Of a DNA stretch of 64,000 nt, positions 28,701 to 39,833 are shown in pieces. Source of the stretch: Acidobacteriota bacterium. GTDB lineage: Bacteria > Acidobacteriota > UBA890 > WLXD01. The notes under the pieces are model-generated. The model saw only the letters and a list, made by a program, of their open reading frames with translations. It did no database searches and was not told where the DNA came from. The stretch's first letter is position 1; each line of letters starts with the position of its first letter. Position numbers and translations under genes: made by a program. The stretch lies in the NCBI GenBank assembly GCA_963666215.2, contig CAXWPL010000004.1:544001-608000 (forward strand), written 5' to 3'.

Positions 28701-31700
28701 GCCCGGAGGTCTCCGAGCAGGCCTTCGAGGAGGCGATCGAATGCGCGCTGCTGCGAGACGGACTCGACGCGCGCCCGCACGATGCGACGGCAGTGAGCGA
28801 GTCGCCGCCCGAACACGACGATGAGCCGGTGCCGGGCGGCTACCGCAAGCGTCGGCCGGAGGACTACGACCGCGGCCTCTGCCTGATTCCGACCGACGTC
28901 GTCGACTTCCTCCTGGCCACCCAGCCCAAGGAGTGGGACAAGCTCAAGCAGCACCACGGCGCTCACGTGAAGGTGCGCTTCCTGAGCCGGCTGTCGCGCG
29001 AGATCGGCCGGCGGGGGGCACTCGATGTACTCCGCAATGGCGTCAAGGACTCAGGCTGCAGGTTCCGGCTCGCTTACTTCCGGCCCGCGAGCGGGCTCAA
29101 CGAACAGCTGCAGCGCCTTCACGCGGCCAACCTCTTTTCCGTATCCCGCCAGCTTCGCTTCAGCGAGCAGAGCGAGGAGAGCCTCGATCTCGCGCTGTTT
29201 TTGAACGGCATCCCCATCTTCACGGCCGAGCTCAAGAACCCGCTCAACGGCCAGGACGTGCAGGATGCCATCCGGCAGTATCGGCACGACCGTGACCCGC
29301 GGGAGCCGCTCCTGTCCTACGGGCGCTGCCTTGCCCACTTCGCCGTGGACCCGGAGCTGGTGTTCGTGACGACGCAGCTGTCCGGGCCCGGGACTCGTTT
29401 TCTACCCTTCAACCAGGGGCGCTTCGGCGGCGCGGGGAACCCACCGGTCCCGCCCACCCGTCCGGGCTTTCCGACCGACTACCTGTGGGAGCAGATCTGG
29501 GCCCGGGACAGTGTCCTGGACCTGCTCCGTCAGTTCATTCACGAGGTGCAGGAGGAGGACGATGCCGGACGCAAGACCGGCAAGCGCTTCCTGATCTTCC
29601 CGCGCTACCAGCAGCTGGACTGCGTGCGCCGCCTTGTGCGCCATGCGCGAGAGCACGGCACCGGCGAGCGCTATCTGATCCAGCACTCTGCGGGCAGCGG
29701 CAAGAGCTTCACGATCGCCTGGCTCGCCCACCAGCTCTCGGTGCTGCATGACCGAGAGGACCGGCGTGTGTTCGACTCGGTCATCGTGGTGACCGATCGG
29801 CGGGTGCTCGATCGCCAGTTGCAGCGCACCATCCGGCAGTTCGAGCAGACCCTCGGCGTGGTGGAAAACATCGACCAGACCTCCCGCCAGCTGCGCGAGG
29901 CTCTCGAGGCTGGCCGGACGATCATCGTCACCACGCTGCAGAAGTTTCCGGTGATCGCCGAGCAGATCGGCCAGCTCCCCGGCCAGCGCTTCGGAGTCAT
30001 CGTGGACGAGGCACATTCGTCGCAGTCTGGCGAAAGCACCAAGAGCCTCAAGGCGGTGCTCAGAGCAGGGAGCTCTGGAGCAGGCCGAACAAGAGGAAGT
30101 GGGTGCGCAGACCCCCGAAGAGGAGATCGACAACCGGGTCCTCGATGAGATCCAAAGCCGCGGACGGCAGCCGAACCTCTCGACGTTCGCCTTCACGGCG
30201 ACCCCGAAGCCCAAGACGCTGGAGCTGTTCGGCCACAAGCGGCCGGACGGGAAGTTCGAGCCCTTCCACCTTTACAGCATGCGCCAGGCGATCCAGGAGA
30301 GGTTCATCCTCGATGTGCTCGCCAACTACACCACCTACAAGGCCTACTGGCGCCTGCTGAAGAAGATCGAGCAGGATCCGCGGTACGACAAGAGCCAAGC
30401 GGAGTACCTGCTCAAGTCCTTCGTTGAGCTGCACCCGCATGCCATCCGCGACAAGATCGCCATCTGCGTGGAGCATTTCGCCGCGCAGGTCGCACGTGAG
30501 ATCCGCGGGCGGGCCAAGGCGATGATCGTGACGCGCTCGCGCCTCCATGCAGTGCGCACCAAGCTCGCTCTGGATCAGTATCTGGCCGACAAGGGCCATC
30601 CGTACAAGGCGCTCGTCGCCTTTTCCGGAACGGTGAAGGACCGTGGCGCCTCCTACACGGAATCGGGCATGAACTCCGCCGGGCAGGAGCGAGTGATCGG
30701 CGAGCGGCAGACGGCAGCCGAGTTTGACACGCCTCAGTGCCGCTTCCTGGTGGTCGCCAACAAGTTCCAGACCGGATTCGATCAGCCACTGCTGCACACG
30801 ATGTACGTGGACAAGAAGCTCGGTGGCGTGAACGCGGTCCAGACGCTGTCCCGCCTGAACCGCACCCACCCCGGCAAGAAGGGTGCGATGGTGCTCGACT
30901 TCGCCAACGAGGCCGAGGAGATCCGGAAAGCCTTCGAGCCGTACTACGAGACCACCCTGCTTTCCGAGGAGACCGACCCCAACCTGCTGTACGAGGTCCA
31001 GGGCAGACTATTCAACTACGGTGTGTTCGCGGCCGACGACGTCGATGCCTTCGGGCGGGTGTACTTCGACCCCAAGGGCACCCAGGACCGGCTGTACGCG
31101 GCACTGGAGCCGGCGCGACAGCGGTTTAACTGAGCTTGGTCCCGAGGAAGGAAGCGACTTCCGCGGCCAGCTCACCGACTACGCACGCCTGTACGCGTTC
31201 CTGTCCCAGGTGCTGACATTCGCCGACCCCGACCTCGAGAAGCTCTACGTCTTTGCCCGGCACCTCAGGCGCCTGCTGCCGGCCAGCCGTGAGGAGTTAC
31301 CTCTCGAGGTGCAGCAGAACATCGACATGGAGTCCTTCCGCATCCAGCAGACGAGCCAGGGACCGATCGCGCTGGAGCGGCAGGCCTGGCCGCTCGACCC
31401 TGCCGGGAGCAAGCCGCACAGTGGGGCCGGCGCGCAGGAGTTGGAGGCGCTCTCGCGCATCATCGAGGCGCTCAACGAGCGTTTCGGCCTGGACCTCGGC
31501 CCCGAGCACCGCGTCGCGCTCGAGCGCATCCGGTTGGCCCTGGACGAGGACGACGGGCTGGAGGCCAGCGCCCGGGTGAACACGCGCGAGAACGTGCGGC
31601 TGACCTTCGACCCCAAGGTTGAGGACAAGTTCCAGGAGTTCGTCGAGACCAACTTCGAGCTGTACAAGCGCATCACCGACGATGCGGACTTCGGCGGGGC

Positions 31701-32236
31701 GCTCAAGAACTTCCTGTTTGACGACTACATCCAGCGGCACCGACGAGCAGAGGAACTGCTCAAGCTCCAGGAGTCCAAGACGCTCGAGTTCAAGTCGAGC
31801 CTGCGCTGGAACCTGAAACAAGACCGCAAGGACGACAAGCACGTCACCCACGCGGCGCTCAAGAGTATCGCCGCGTTCCTCAACACCGAGGGCGGCGACC
31901 TGCTGATCGGCGTGGACGACGACCGCAAGGTTGTCGGCATCGAGCATGACCGCCTCGACAGCGACGATAAGTTCATGCGGCACTTGGCCCAGGTCGTGCG
32001 CAATGGCCTCGGTGACCGCGCCGGAACCTGCATCGATCCCAAGGCGCAGATCGTCGAGGGCAAGACCGTCTGCCTCGTGAGCTGCCAGCGGAGTCCCGAG
32101 CCGGTGTACCTGCGATGGGAAGGGTATGGAGAAGGCCGTTGACGGCGATCTGTACGTCCGCAGCGGCCCCGGTACGGTGCGACTTGGCAAGGAGGATGCC
32201 GACAAGTACGTCGCCACCAGATTTGGCGCGACGTGA
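28697..32236 (+). CDS. hsdR: Type I R-M restriction subunit with C-terminal Schlafen/AlbA_2 domain; three frameshifts (~30068, ~31127, ~32118)
   Basis: AELKN, QHSAGSGKS, VDEAH, FTAT, QTGFDQP, QTLSRLNR; then ESKTLEFK...AAFLNTEGGDLLIGVDDD; last frame ends YVRSGPGT...TRFGAT. Confidence 0.85.
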
Positions 32237-32279
32237 TCCCGGCGGACTGACCCTCCCGGGGTCAGCGCGTCGATGTAGC

Positions 32280-32395
32280 CACTTTGCGAGGCGGAGGGAG
32301 GGACTGCGAGCTCCCCGCCGTGCGGCGGCGGTCCTGTTCTTCACCAATTCCTGAGCGAACTCCTGCTGCTTCGGGGTGAGCCCGTGATGTCTCAT
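32280..32395 (-). pseudogene. Decayed terminase small subunit N-terminus
   Basis: MRHHGLTPKQQEFAQELVKNRTAAARRG resembles LTPKQxxFxxEY...NATxAAxRAG. Confidence 0.4.
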
Positions 32396-32575
32396 GTATC
32401 TGCTCCTCGACAACATCAGCTATCAGCCCGAGGGCGCGGAGGCGCCGGTCCCGCTGCCTCGTACAATGCGAGTCAGCAGATGACTCACGCGCCGATGGTC
32501 CCCGAGTCACCCTGCGCACCACCAAGGGACCGCACCCGCGCCACTTCCGAAGGCACGCCGAGCCCAAAACGCGCG

Positions 32576-34684
32576 TCATCCCCAATGGGTCTGGATATAG
32601 GCATGTGCGGCCTGCGGATCTAGGGAGCGCGTTGTTGTATTCACGCGGATGAAGAGGCTGAGATCAGCCTTCCATTTGCAGAAAACGGCGTCCGGTGCCT
32701 TATCCACGTCGATGACAAAGACCGTTCGATCTCCGATGTCCTCAAAACGGCTCCGAATCAGACCTGAGTGCTCAGCGCCAAGGTGGTCGACGACAAGTGC
32801 TCCGATCAACTGCTCGAACTTATCCTTCGATCCGTCCAAGAGCTTCATATCTGGACCGATTCCGGCGACCGTTCCATCGTCTTCTACGCCTATCACTAGC
32901 GTCCCGCCTTCGGTGTTTAGGAACGCAGCTAGCGTCTTGAGTACCAAGAGCCGTAGCGCCGGATTCTTCTCGTTGCGTCGAATGTCCCATTGCAAGGTTG
33001 TCTTGAATTCGCGGCTGAGGCTCTCGCCAAGCTTGATGAGCTCAGTCACTGGCCGCTCACCGATCTCCTCTGGTTCTGTGATCAAGTCGGTCATGAAGTC
33101 GTTTAGCTTTGTCGCAATCAAATCGCGCCGCGCGGCCAGAAAGTCTTCATAGTGCGTTACTTCCCAGATCTCGGGACGCATCGGAATGAACTGCTTCGTT
33201 AGCGCTCCTGGATACCTCTCCTCGACCTCGTGCAAGTACTCGGCCGGTCGGCGATTCGACAGAGACCGATTGCTCTCGGCCGTAAGGAACCCCCGATTCG
33301 CGATCTCGTTCACCTTTTTCCGATCAAGATGGCTGCTGGAGTCGTAGAGCTCTTCATAGAGAACCGACTGCGGGAAAATGTGATGGCTGTGCAGGCGATA
33401 TCGACCGTCCAGTCGACTGGTGAGGGGCATACCGTTGAACCAGTCAATCCCACCTAGGGCCTTCGCGAGCAGGAGCGTCATTCGGTAGAGGGGATGTGCA
33501 GCGCCTCGGCCCTCGAAGTCTGCCGCCTTGACCTCGATGCGACCCCGCTGATCGATGATTTGCTCCCGGAGGCTCTCCCATGGAGCCATCTCGCGAACGA
33601 TAAGACTCAGATCGTGCTCCAATCGATTGTCGGTCTGGGCTGCATACCTTCCCCATGTATGAGCCGCGTACAACCAGTGAAGTGCGTTCTGCAGCGCTCG
33701 TTCGTCTGGGAACTTGCCCTCGTGAGTCGATAGATAAACGACTAGCGGAACGAAAATGTTGGTGCTGTTTACGTCCTCGGTTGACTGGATGAACGCCTTC
33801 TCAGGTAACAATCCAGCGAGGTAGTCAAGAATCTTTGAGAGTTGTGTCCAGCCCGCCTCAAGAACCTCGCGCTCCTTCGGGTGGATCGTCTCGAATAGCG
33901 CCCTCTGCGTGACAACACCCGTCAATGCTCGGGTCATGAAAGTGAGGTCGAAGTAGAAGCGTTGGGTATCAAGCCATTCGATCTTCTTCTTCATTTCTCG
34001 TCGCGCCGTAGGCCATCGGGCAGTGACGTGCGTCAACGCTAGATCAGCGTCTGTTAACTTCGTACCTTTACTGTTTACGCGATCGAAGATGTCGATTGCT
34101 TCGCCCAGGCTCGCGTGGGCAGGAACTATCTGCACAGGCAGATCGATGGACCGGATCCCTTTGAGAGTCTCGACGCGCTCGTTGAAGATTTGGGCGAGGC
34201 GCAGATGCTCGTCGGCGTCGTCAGCTTGATTCTGCGCGATCTGGAAGACGTTCAATGACGCGGAATCTGTGAATACGTCAACGACGCGCCGCCACAGAAG
34301 GTTCCCCTTCATCCGCGTCGGTTGGTAATACTGAAAGTCGCCGTCGGCAATGTTAAAGAACAAATCCCGCGGGTCGTAGGTTATATCTCGCTCACGGTAG
34401 TAGGGTGGGATCTGCCCTGAGATGAGAAGGAATAATGTTGTGAGACGTTGTTGGCCATCGAGGATTATGGATACCGTCCCGAGTGAGTCAGGTAGTTGGT
34501 CGACGTTCTTCAATTCTGGTGGTTCAGTTGTCTTCCAGAAAAGGACTCCGCCGACTGGATATCCTCGCGATAGAGACACCATTAGCTGTTTGGATTGCTC
34601 GCGTGTCCAAACGTACTCACGCTGGAATTCGGGAAGCACCAAGTTGTGGTTACGAATGTCATCTGTGAGTTCGGCGACTTTCAT
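32576..34684 (-). CDS. GmrSD-like (DUF262 plus HNH-like) protein with C-terminal Schlafen/AlbA_2 domain
   Basis: LPEFQREYVW, LDGQQRLT, FDRVNSKG, HHIFP...N; ESLSREFK...AAFLNTEGGTLVIGVEDDG. Confidence 0.85.
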   Translation of the reverse strand: MKVAELTDDIRNHNLVLPEFQREYVWTREQSKQLMVSLSRGYPVGGVLFWKTTEPPELKNVDQLPDSLGTVSIILDGQQRLTTLFLLISGQIPPYYRERDITYDPRDLFFNIADGDFQYYQPTRMKGNLLWRRVVDVFTDSASLNVFQIAQNQADDADEHLRLAQIFNERVETLKGIRSIDLPVQIVPAHASLGEAIDIFDRVNSKGTKLTDADLALTHVTARWPTARREMKKKIEWLDTQRFYFDLTFMTRALTGVVTQRALFETIHPKEREVLEAGWTQLSKILDYLAGLLPEKAFIQSTEDVNSTNIFVPLVVYLSTHEGKFPDERALQNALHWLYAAHTWGRYAAQTDNRLEHDLSLIVREMAPWESLREQIIDQRGRIEVKAADFEGRGAAHPLYRMTLLLAKALGGIDWFNGMPLTSRLDGRYRLHSHHIFPQSVLYEELYDSSSHLDRKKVNEIANRGFLTAESNRSLSNRRPAEYLHEVEERYPGALTKQFIPMRPEIWEVTHYEDFLAARRDLIATKLNDFMTDLITEPEEIGERPVTELIKLGESLSREFKTTLQWDIRRNEKNPALRLLVLKTLAAFLNTEGGTLVIGVEDDGTVAGIGPDMKLLDGSKDKFEQLIGALVVDHLGAEHSGLIRSRFEDIGDRTVFVIDVDKAPDAVFCKWKADLSLFIRVNTTTRSLDPQAAHAYIQTHWG

Positions 34685-34773
34685 TCTTCATCCTTGCCTT
34701 GGTATCGGTTATCCATTTCACGTTCGTAGACAAGCAAGTTCTGTTCCCAAACTACACACTCTCCCGCTCCAAA

Positions 34774-34935
34774 CCAGGAGCTGAAGCGGACCAACGAGGT
34801 CCTGCACAAGGCATCAGCGTATTTCGCCCAGGCGGAACTCGGCCGCCGAGCGACGGGATGGTGCGGTTCATCGATGAGCATCGAGACGACCACGCGGTCG
34901 AGCCGATCTGCGCGCAGGTGCCGATCGCCCCAACG
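34774..34935 (+). mobile_element. IS3-family internal remnant
   Basis: ELKRTNEVLHKASAYFAQAEL and MVRFIDEHRDDHAVEPICAQVPIAP (orfA/orfB junction). Confidence 0.7.
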
Positions 34936-34989
34936 ACCGCAACGTGGCGCACGCCGGCGTTTCGTCGGCCCACTACGCGCGTCATCCCT

Positions 34990-35428
34990 CTAGAACAGCA
35001 GCCTGTAAACCGTATCCCAGCTGCTGTCGCAGTATCCGTGGCCTGTGGCCGAGTCGAAGGTCACGTACTCGCACTTGACCCAGTGCTCCGAATCGGCCGC
35101 GGTGGCGATACCCGCCAGCATCCCGTGGACGCTCTCGTCGGTATGGTACTCGCGGGACCGCTTCCGGAAGATCGTGCCCCACCCGGGGGGGCTTGTCCGC
35201 AAAGGCCTGGTAGTGGCCCACGAGGACACGGCCGTCGGATAGCGATACGACGAATTCACCGGCGCTGGCTGGATCGCTCGCGAAGCCAGCGTTTAGTAGG
35301 TCCGAGCTGCTAAGGTCGTACAGACGCCCCGGAACGACCGGGTTTGGAACCGGATCACCCCGTGATGGTGCCGTGCTGGCGCATCCAAGAACCCATCCCG
35401 GCAGCAGAAACATCGCGATCAGCGTCAT
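34990..35428 (-). pseudogene. Putative lipoprotein, frameshifted in a C run at ~35185-35191
   Basis: Lipobox VLGC; second frame supplies a C-terminus with KCEY...GHGYC. Confidence 0.5.
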
Positions 35429-35698
35429 CAGAGTGTCAGTCCCAGCAGGTCCTTCGCGTCTCGTTACCGGTCGGCGGCGTAGATGATGTGGTCCGAGACT
35501 GATGCCGGGATCGGACGACTGCCGGCGGCCGGGATCGAGCACGGTCCAGTTCAACAGCTTCAGCACGCGCCTCAAGCGGGCCGGTATGGAGCGGAGCAAT
35601 GCTTCGTTCGTGGCACGGGCTGCAGAGGGCGACGTCAAGGCGGTACGGCTCGGCCAGAGGATCTGGATAGATCCCCAGCAGGGGCCTATCATATCTCC

Positions 35699-36073
35699 AT
35701 GACCAGCTTCCGGATTTTAGTGACGGTGCTCGCCGTGATTCACGCGGTGTTCGCAGGATTCACGGCCCTGGTTGGAGCATTCGCGAACGGCGGAGACGTT
35801 TGGCAACGGTTGCTGCTGATCCTCCTTCACCCTCTTGGCGCTGCGGGAGTGCTTCTGCTTGTGTTGCGGCCCCGCCTCACCACGACGACGATCCTCGCCC
35901 TAGTGGCGCTCCTGATGGCGAACGTGATCGCCGACCTAGGCTTTGCGCAACTGATGGCCGCGGGCAGAGTGCGGGGAGATTGGGAGCTTGCGCTGACATT
36001 TTCGGTGGTTCCGGCGATCGGGATTGTCTACGCGCTGGCCCTGCTGCGCACGGCTCGCGGAACGGCCGGATAA
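35699..36073 (+). CDS. Small four-TM membrane protein
   Basis: Hydrophobic 124 aa ORF starting MTSFRILV. Confidence 0.65.
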   Translation: MTSFRILVTVLAVIHAVFAGFTALVGAFANGGDVWQRLLLILLHPLGAAGVLLLVLRPRLTTTTILALVALLMANVIADLGFAQLMAAGRVRGDWELALTFSVVPAIGIVYALALLRTARGTAG

Positions 36074-36535
36074 GGCTCCGTCTGGAGCCGGAGACGCTCA
36101 GGCAATCGTAGCAGCGGCGCCAGGAAGGCCACGGAGCCGCGACAGGGCTCTCTGGCCCCCTGTCCAGGGCTACGCAGGCCGCCGACTGACCTCGGCGAGC
36201 ATCCCGAGATTCTTTTCGCCGATATGGATACGACCGACGAAAAGGAGCCGCGGCGGTCGCCGCGAGGCGACGGGGGTGGCAGGGTGGAACCTTGCGGCGT
36301 CGGCCCAACGGCTGAGCACGCGTATACGGGTCTGTCCAGGCGCTGCTTGAGATGGCGGCGAAGCTGCTGCCGGTGGAGCACGAGCGACGACGACCGTTGC
36401 GCCCGGCGCAGACTGCGGCCGAGCCCTCGAGCTCGACGCCGGCGACGTCCGACTGAGCCCGCCCTCAAACATCCACTACAACGCCCCCCCCCCCCCCCCC
36501 GGGGGGGGGCCGCTCGGGTCCCCAGGACGTCTAGG

Positions 36536-37413
36536 TGTGTTTTCTAAGTAGGTTGTTCACATCGGGGCTCACTTCTGAGATCAATGGGGTTGTTCAAAAG
36601 ACTCCACGACCTCAGAAGGAGCGCCCGATGCAGCTGCATGGTAACGCCCGCACGACGCCGTATATACGCCGAGAGATGGTCCGCCGAGTCCGGGAGCGGG
36701 CGGAGCCCGTGACGGATCTGGGCTACAGTCGGACTCCCCCCGCCGAAACGCGTTCGGTCGACAGCCAGTCGATTCTGTGCTCGACCGTCTCGGCGTGGCT
36801 GAAGCGGCTCGGACTCGCCAAGCTTGATGCGCTCGAGCCCAAGCCCGAGATCGTTCGCTACGAGTACGAGCACCCCGGTGACCTACTGCACCTGGATACG
36901 AAGAAACTGGCCCGTATCCGTCCGACCTGGACACCGCATCCACGGCGACCGGCTCCAAGCGGGCCTACGGCGTCGGCTGGGAGAACGCCCACGTCGCTAT
37001 CGACGATCACTCTCGGGTGGCGTACGTCGAAGGCTGCCCGCCGAAGACCAACACACCTGCACAGCGTTCCTGCAGCGAGCCGTCGAGCACTTCGCTTCGA
37101 TGGGAGTAGCGGTGCGCCGAGTGTGACAGACAACCCTACGTCTCGAAGCGCTTCAATCGCCTATGCCATCAACTCGAGAGGCACATTTACACCCGGCCCT
37201 ACACCCCCAGAACCAACGGCAAAGCCGAACGCTTCATCCGCACACTCAAGGAGCAGTGGGCCTACGCACCTGCTACCAGACCTCAGCTCGACGTACTCGA
37301 GCTCTACGGCCCTGGCTCAACCACTACAATCGTCACCGTCCCCACGCCGGCATCGGCATGAAGATCGTCGGCTCTCAGGGGTGAGTTCGTGAACAACCTA
37401 CCTAGAACTCACA
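36536..37413 (+). mobile_element. Degenerate IS481-family element
   Basis: TGT...ACA ends with 25-bp imperfect IRs; 6-bp TSD TCTAGG; HGNARTT, HLDTKKL, PRTNGKAERF motifs in broken frames. Confidence 0.85.
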
Positions 37414-37832
37414 TCTAGGGATCTGGGCTACAGTCGGACTCCCCCCGCCGAAACGCGTTCGGTCGACAGCCAGTCGATTCCTTCAAGGTGGGACGCGAGT
37501 ACCCAAAGATAGGGAGGTTCGTCCGCCGGACTTTGCGCCGCAACGCCCGAGCGCCCCGCGCACCCAAAGGTGGCTCAACGTGCCGTCCATCCATTGTCCA
37601 TCATGACTTGCCAAGGTCCGTCCGTCCGTCCGCCTTCCCAGACGGACTCACGCCGAGGCGATCATCGGCCACTATGCCCCTCGCCCCCCCCGCCGGCTGG
37701 GGACCCGGGGGTGATAGATATCCGTCCCTCAGCCATTTCATTTGCGAAACCAGGTGATGCTGGGAGTCGTAGGCATTTCCCCACGACGGTTCTTGCTTTG
37801 GCGCGGTTTCGGGTCGCCAAGCTCTGCGAGCG

Positions 37833-38753
37833 CTAGCCGCCGATTCTTTGATACGCCATCTCGATGAACGGCTTGGCGGTGTCGAACTCCTCCACGGTCT
37901 TCACATAGAGGCCGAAATCGCCCGTGCCGTAGTGCCCCACCTCAGAGAGGTCTTTGAAGATGGGAGACGGCCCTTGCGTCTCCTTCGGATCGAGCTTGAG
38001 GAACAGCAGGACCTGCTTCTTTTGAATGCGCATACAGACGATGTTCTGAGTCGCTTTGTACGCTACGTAGAACTTCTTCGGGGCCTCCTGGATCGACGGA
38101 TCAAGCGAGAGGATGAACTCCTGGGCGGAGAGAGCAATCTCTCGGATGTGGGCCGGTTTGCCGGCGACATGCTCTTCGAAGGTGTTGCTGCCGGTCTGTC
38201 GAGTGATGGCGGCCTTCTGGCCAGCTGTAAGCCCCGCAGACGGGGTGTCCGGCGTGGTGGAGTCCAGTGATGACCGGAGTACCTCTTCTAGATACAGCGA
38301 CTGATTCTCGAACAACCGGTACGTCCATAACTCGAGATTAGCCCCCATGACCTGAGCCGCATATAGGTCGTACTTCTGGAAGGTCGGTGCGATGCAGATC
38401 ACCCGCACCGAAGACCAGTCAATCTCGACATCACCGATCGCGCTCCGGGCTGCCACCTCGAAGTCACCGCGGTGATCGTGAAGCCACGCCAGATAGAAAA
38501 GGCCCTGATTGATGAGGCTCGAGGACTCGATCTTCTTGTACTCCAGAATCACCGGGTGACTCTCCTCGGAGAGCGCCAGTGTATCGATGCGCCCGGCGTG
38601 TTGGGCACCGGTGCTGAACTCGGTGGCGACGAGCCGGCACTTGAACACCTCGTCGAGGTTGGCCTCGATCAGCCCCTGGAGTTCCTTCTCAGTTCGGAAA
38701 TTGGACTGTCCGACTCTCTCCAGCTTCGCCTCATGAAGCGTGAAAAGCGGCAT
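37833..38753 (-). CDS. NucS/DUF91-like PD-(D/E)xK nuclease fused to DUF5655-like domain
   Basis: EKELQ, GRIDTLAL, ILEYK, QGLFY; C-terminal KFYVAYK and GHYGTGD. Confidence 0.75.
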   Translation of the reverse strand: MPLFTLHEAKLERVGQSNFRTEKELQGLIEANLDEVFKCRLVATEFSTGAQHAGRIDTLALSEESHPVILEYKKIESSSLINQGLFYLAWLHDHRGDFEVAARSAIGDVEIDWSSVRVICIAPTFQKYDLYAAQVMGANLELWTYRLFENQSLYLEEVLRSSLDSTTPDTPSAGLTAGQKAAITRQTGSNTFEEHVAGKPAHIREIALSAQEFILSLDPSIQEAPKKFYVAYKATQNIVCMRIQKKQVLLFLKLDPKETQGPSPIFKDLSEVGHYGTGDFGLYVKTVEEFDTAKPFIEMAYQRIGG

Positions 38754-39092
38754 ATGGCCTCGTCTCCCTCTGTGAGTTCGAGCGTCGCCTTCGATTCCCA
38801 GGAGGGCAGCTCCTGGCAATTGGATGACTCACGGTATGCTGGCGCGACCAAAATGATAACTGGGAGCAGCTGGAAGAATCCCTAGAGTTGTCCCGAGGAC
38901 GCAGTTCCAGGCAGGTGGATTCACATGCGCGCGCATGTCCTGCGCCCGATCGCGGGAAGTCGAGGCCAGCCGAGCCTCACTGCTCCGAGCGTCGAGGACG
39001 ACGACTTGGTAACGATCAGGCGGCCGCCCGCGCGCTCAATGGGATCGCGCCGGGGGCACAGCCGATCTTTTACCTCAGTGCACCGCCTTGCT

Positions 39093-39833
39093 TCACACGG
39101 CCGCCACGATCCGCTCTACCTGCTCCTCGCGTAGGCCGTACGCAGCGGCGACCTCGGCAACTCCCCGGCCGGCCCCGACCGCTTCGACGATCGCATCGCC
39201 CGCCCACGCGACCGCCACAATCATCTCCACCGTGTCCTCGCTCAGCCTGCATTCAGCGGCAAGCTCGGCAACTCCCCGGCCGGCCTCGACCGCCTCAACT
39301 ATCTTGCGCTCGATCACAGCGCGGTACGCCTTCGGGAGCTCCTCGATCAGAGCGTAGTAGAGCGCCGCCTTGTGTCGTGCGATCCACTCCACCAGGTCCT
39401 CGCGTAGCCCGTACTCGCCAGCTAGCTTAGCGACCCTCCGGCCGCCCTCGACCGCCTGGGCAATCGCAGCACACCAGCGCGGCACCACGAGCCACTGGAT
39501 CGCCACCATCCGCTCCACTAGGTCCTCGCTCAGCCCGTACTCGGCAGCGACTTCGGCAACTCCCTGACCGTCCTTGACCGCCTGGGCGATCCTAGGGCGC
39601 AACACCTCGAGCGCCACGATCCGCGCCACTCGACGCTTACTCAGCCCCCACTGGGTGGCGACCTCGGCAACTCCAGGGCCGGACCTGACTGCCGTAGCGA
39701 TTATGCGGCGGAGCGCTACCACGGCCACCTTGAACGGCCCTGCCTCGCGCTCGCTCAGCCCGCGTTCGTCGGCGATCGCGGCAACTACCTGGCCGGACTC
39801 GACCGCCTCGACGATCGCCGCGCGGATGGTCGT
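39093..39833 (-). CDS. Protein of six tandem HTH-like repeats (start disrupted)
   Basis: Repeats of IxxAVxxGxxVAxxAxxxGLSExxVxxxV; open frame extends upstream to TAA at 39834-39836. Confidence 0.6.
   Translation of the reverse strand, partial: TTIRAAIVEAVESGQVVAAIADERGLSEREAGPFKVAVVALRRIIATAVRSGPGVAEVATQWGLSKRRVARIVALEVLRPRIAQAVKDGQGVAEVAAEYGLSEDLVERMVAIQWLVVPRWCAAIAQAVEGGRRVAKLAGEYGLREDLVEWIARHKAALYYALIEELPKAYRAVIERKIVEAVEAGRGVAELAAECRLSEDTVEMIVAVAWAGDAIVEAVGAGRGVAEVAAAYGLREEQVERIVAAV

Noticed and set aside
28697-32236. Programmed frameshifting or a natural three-gene split of hsdR
   Set aside because: Breaks are single-base indels in short homopolymers, like those in the MscS and PQQ genes; error or decay is more likely
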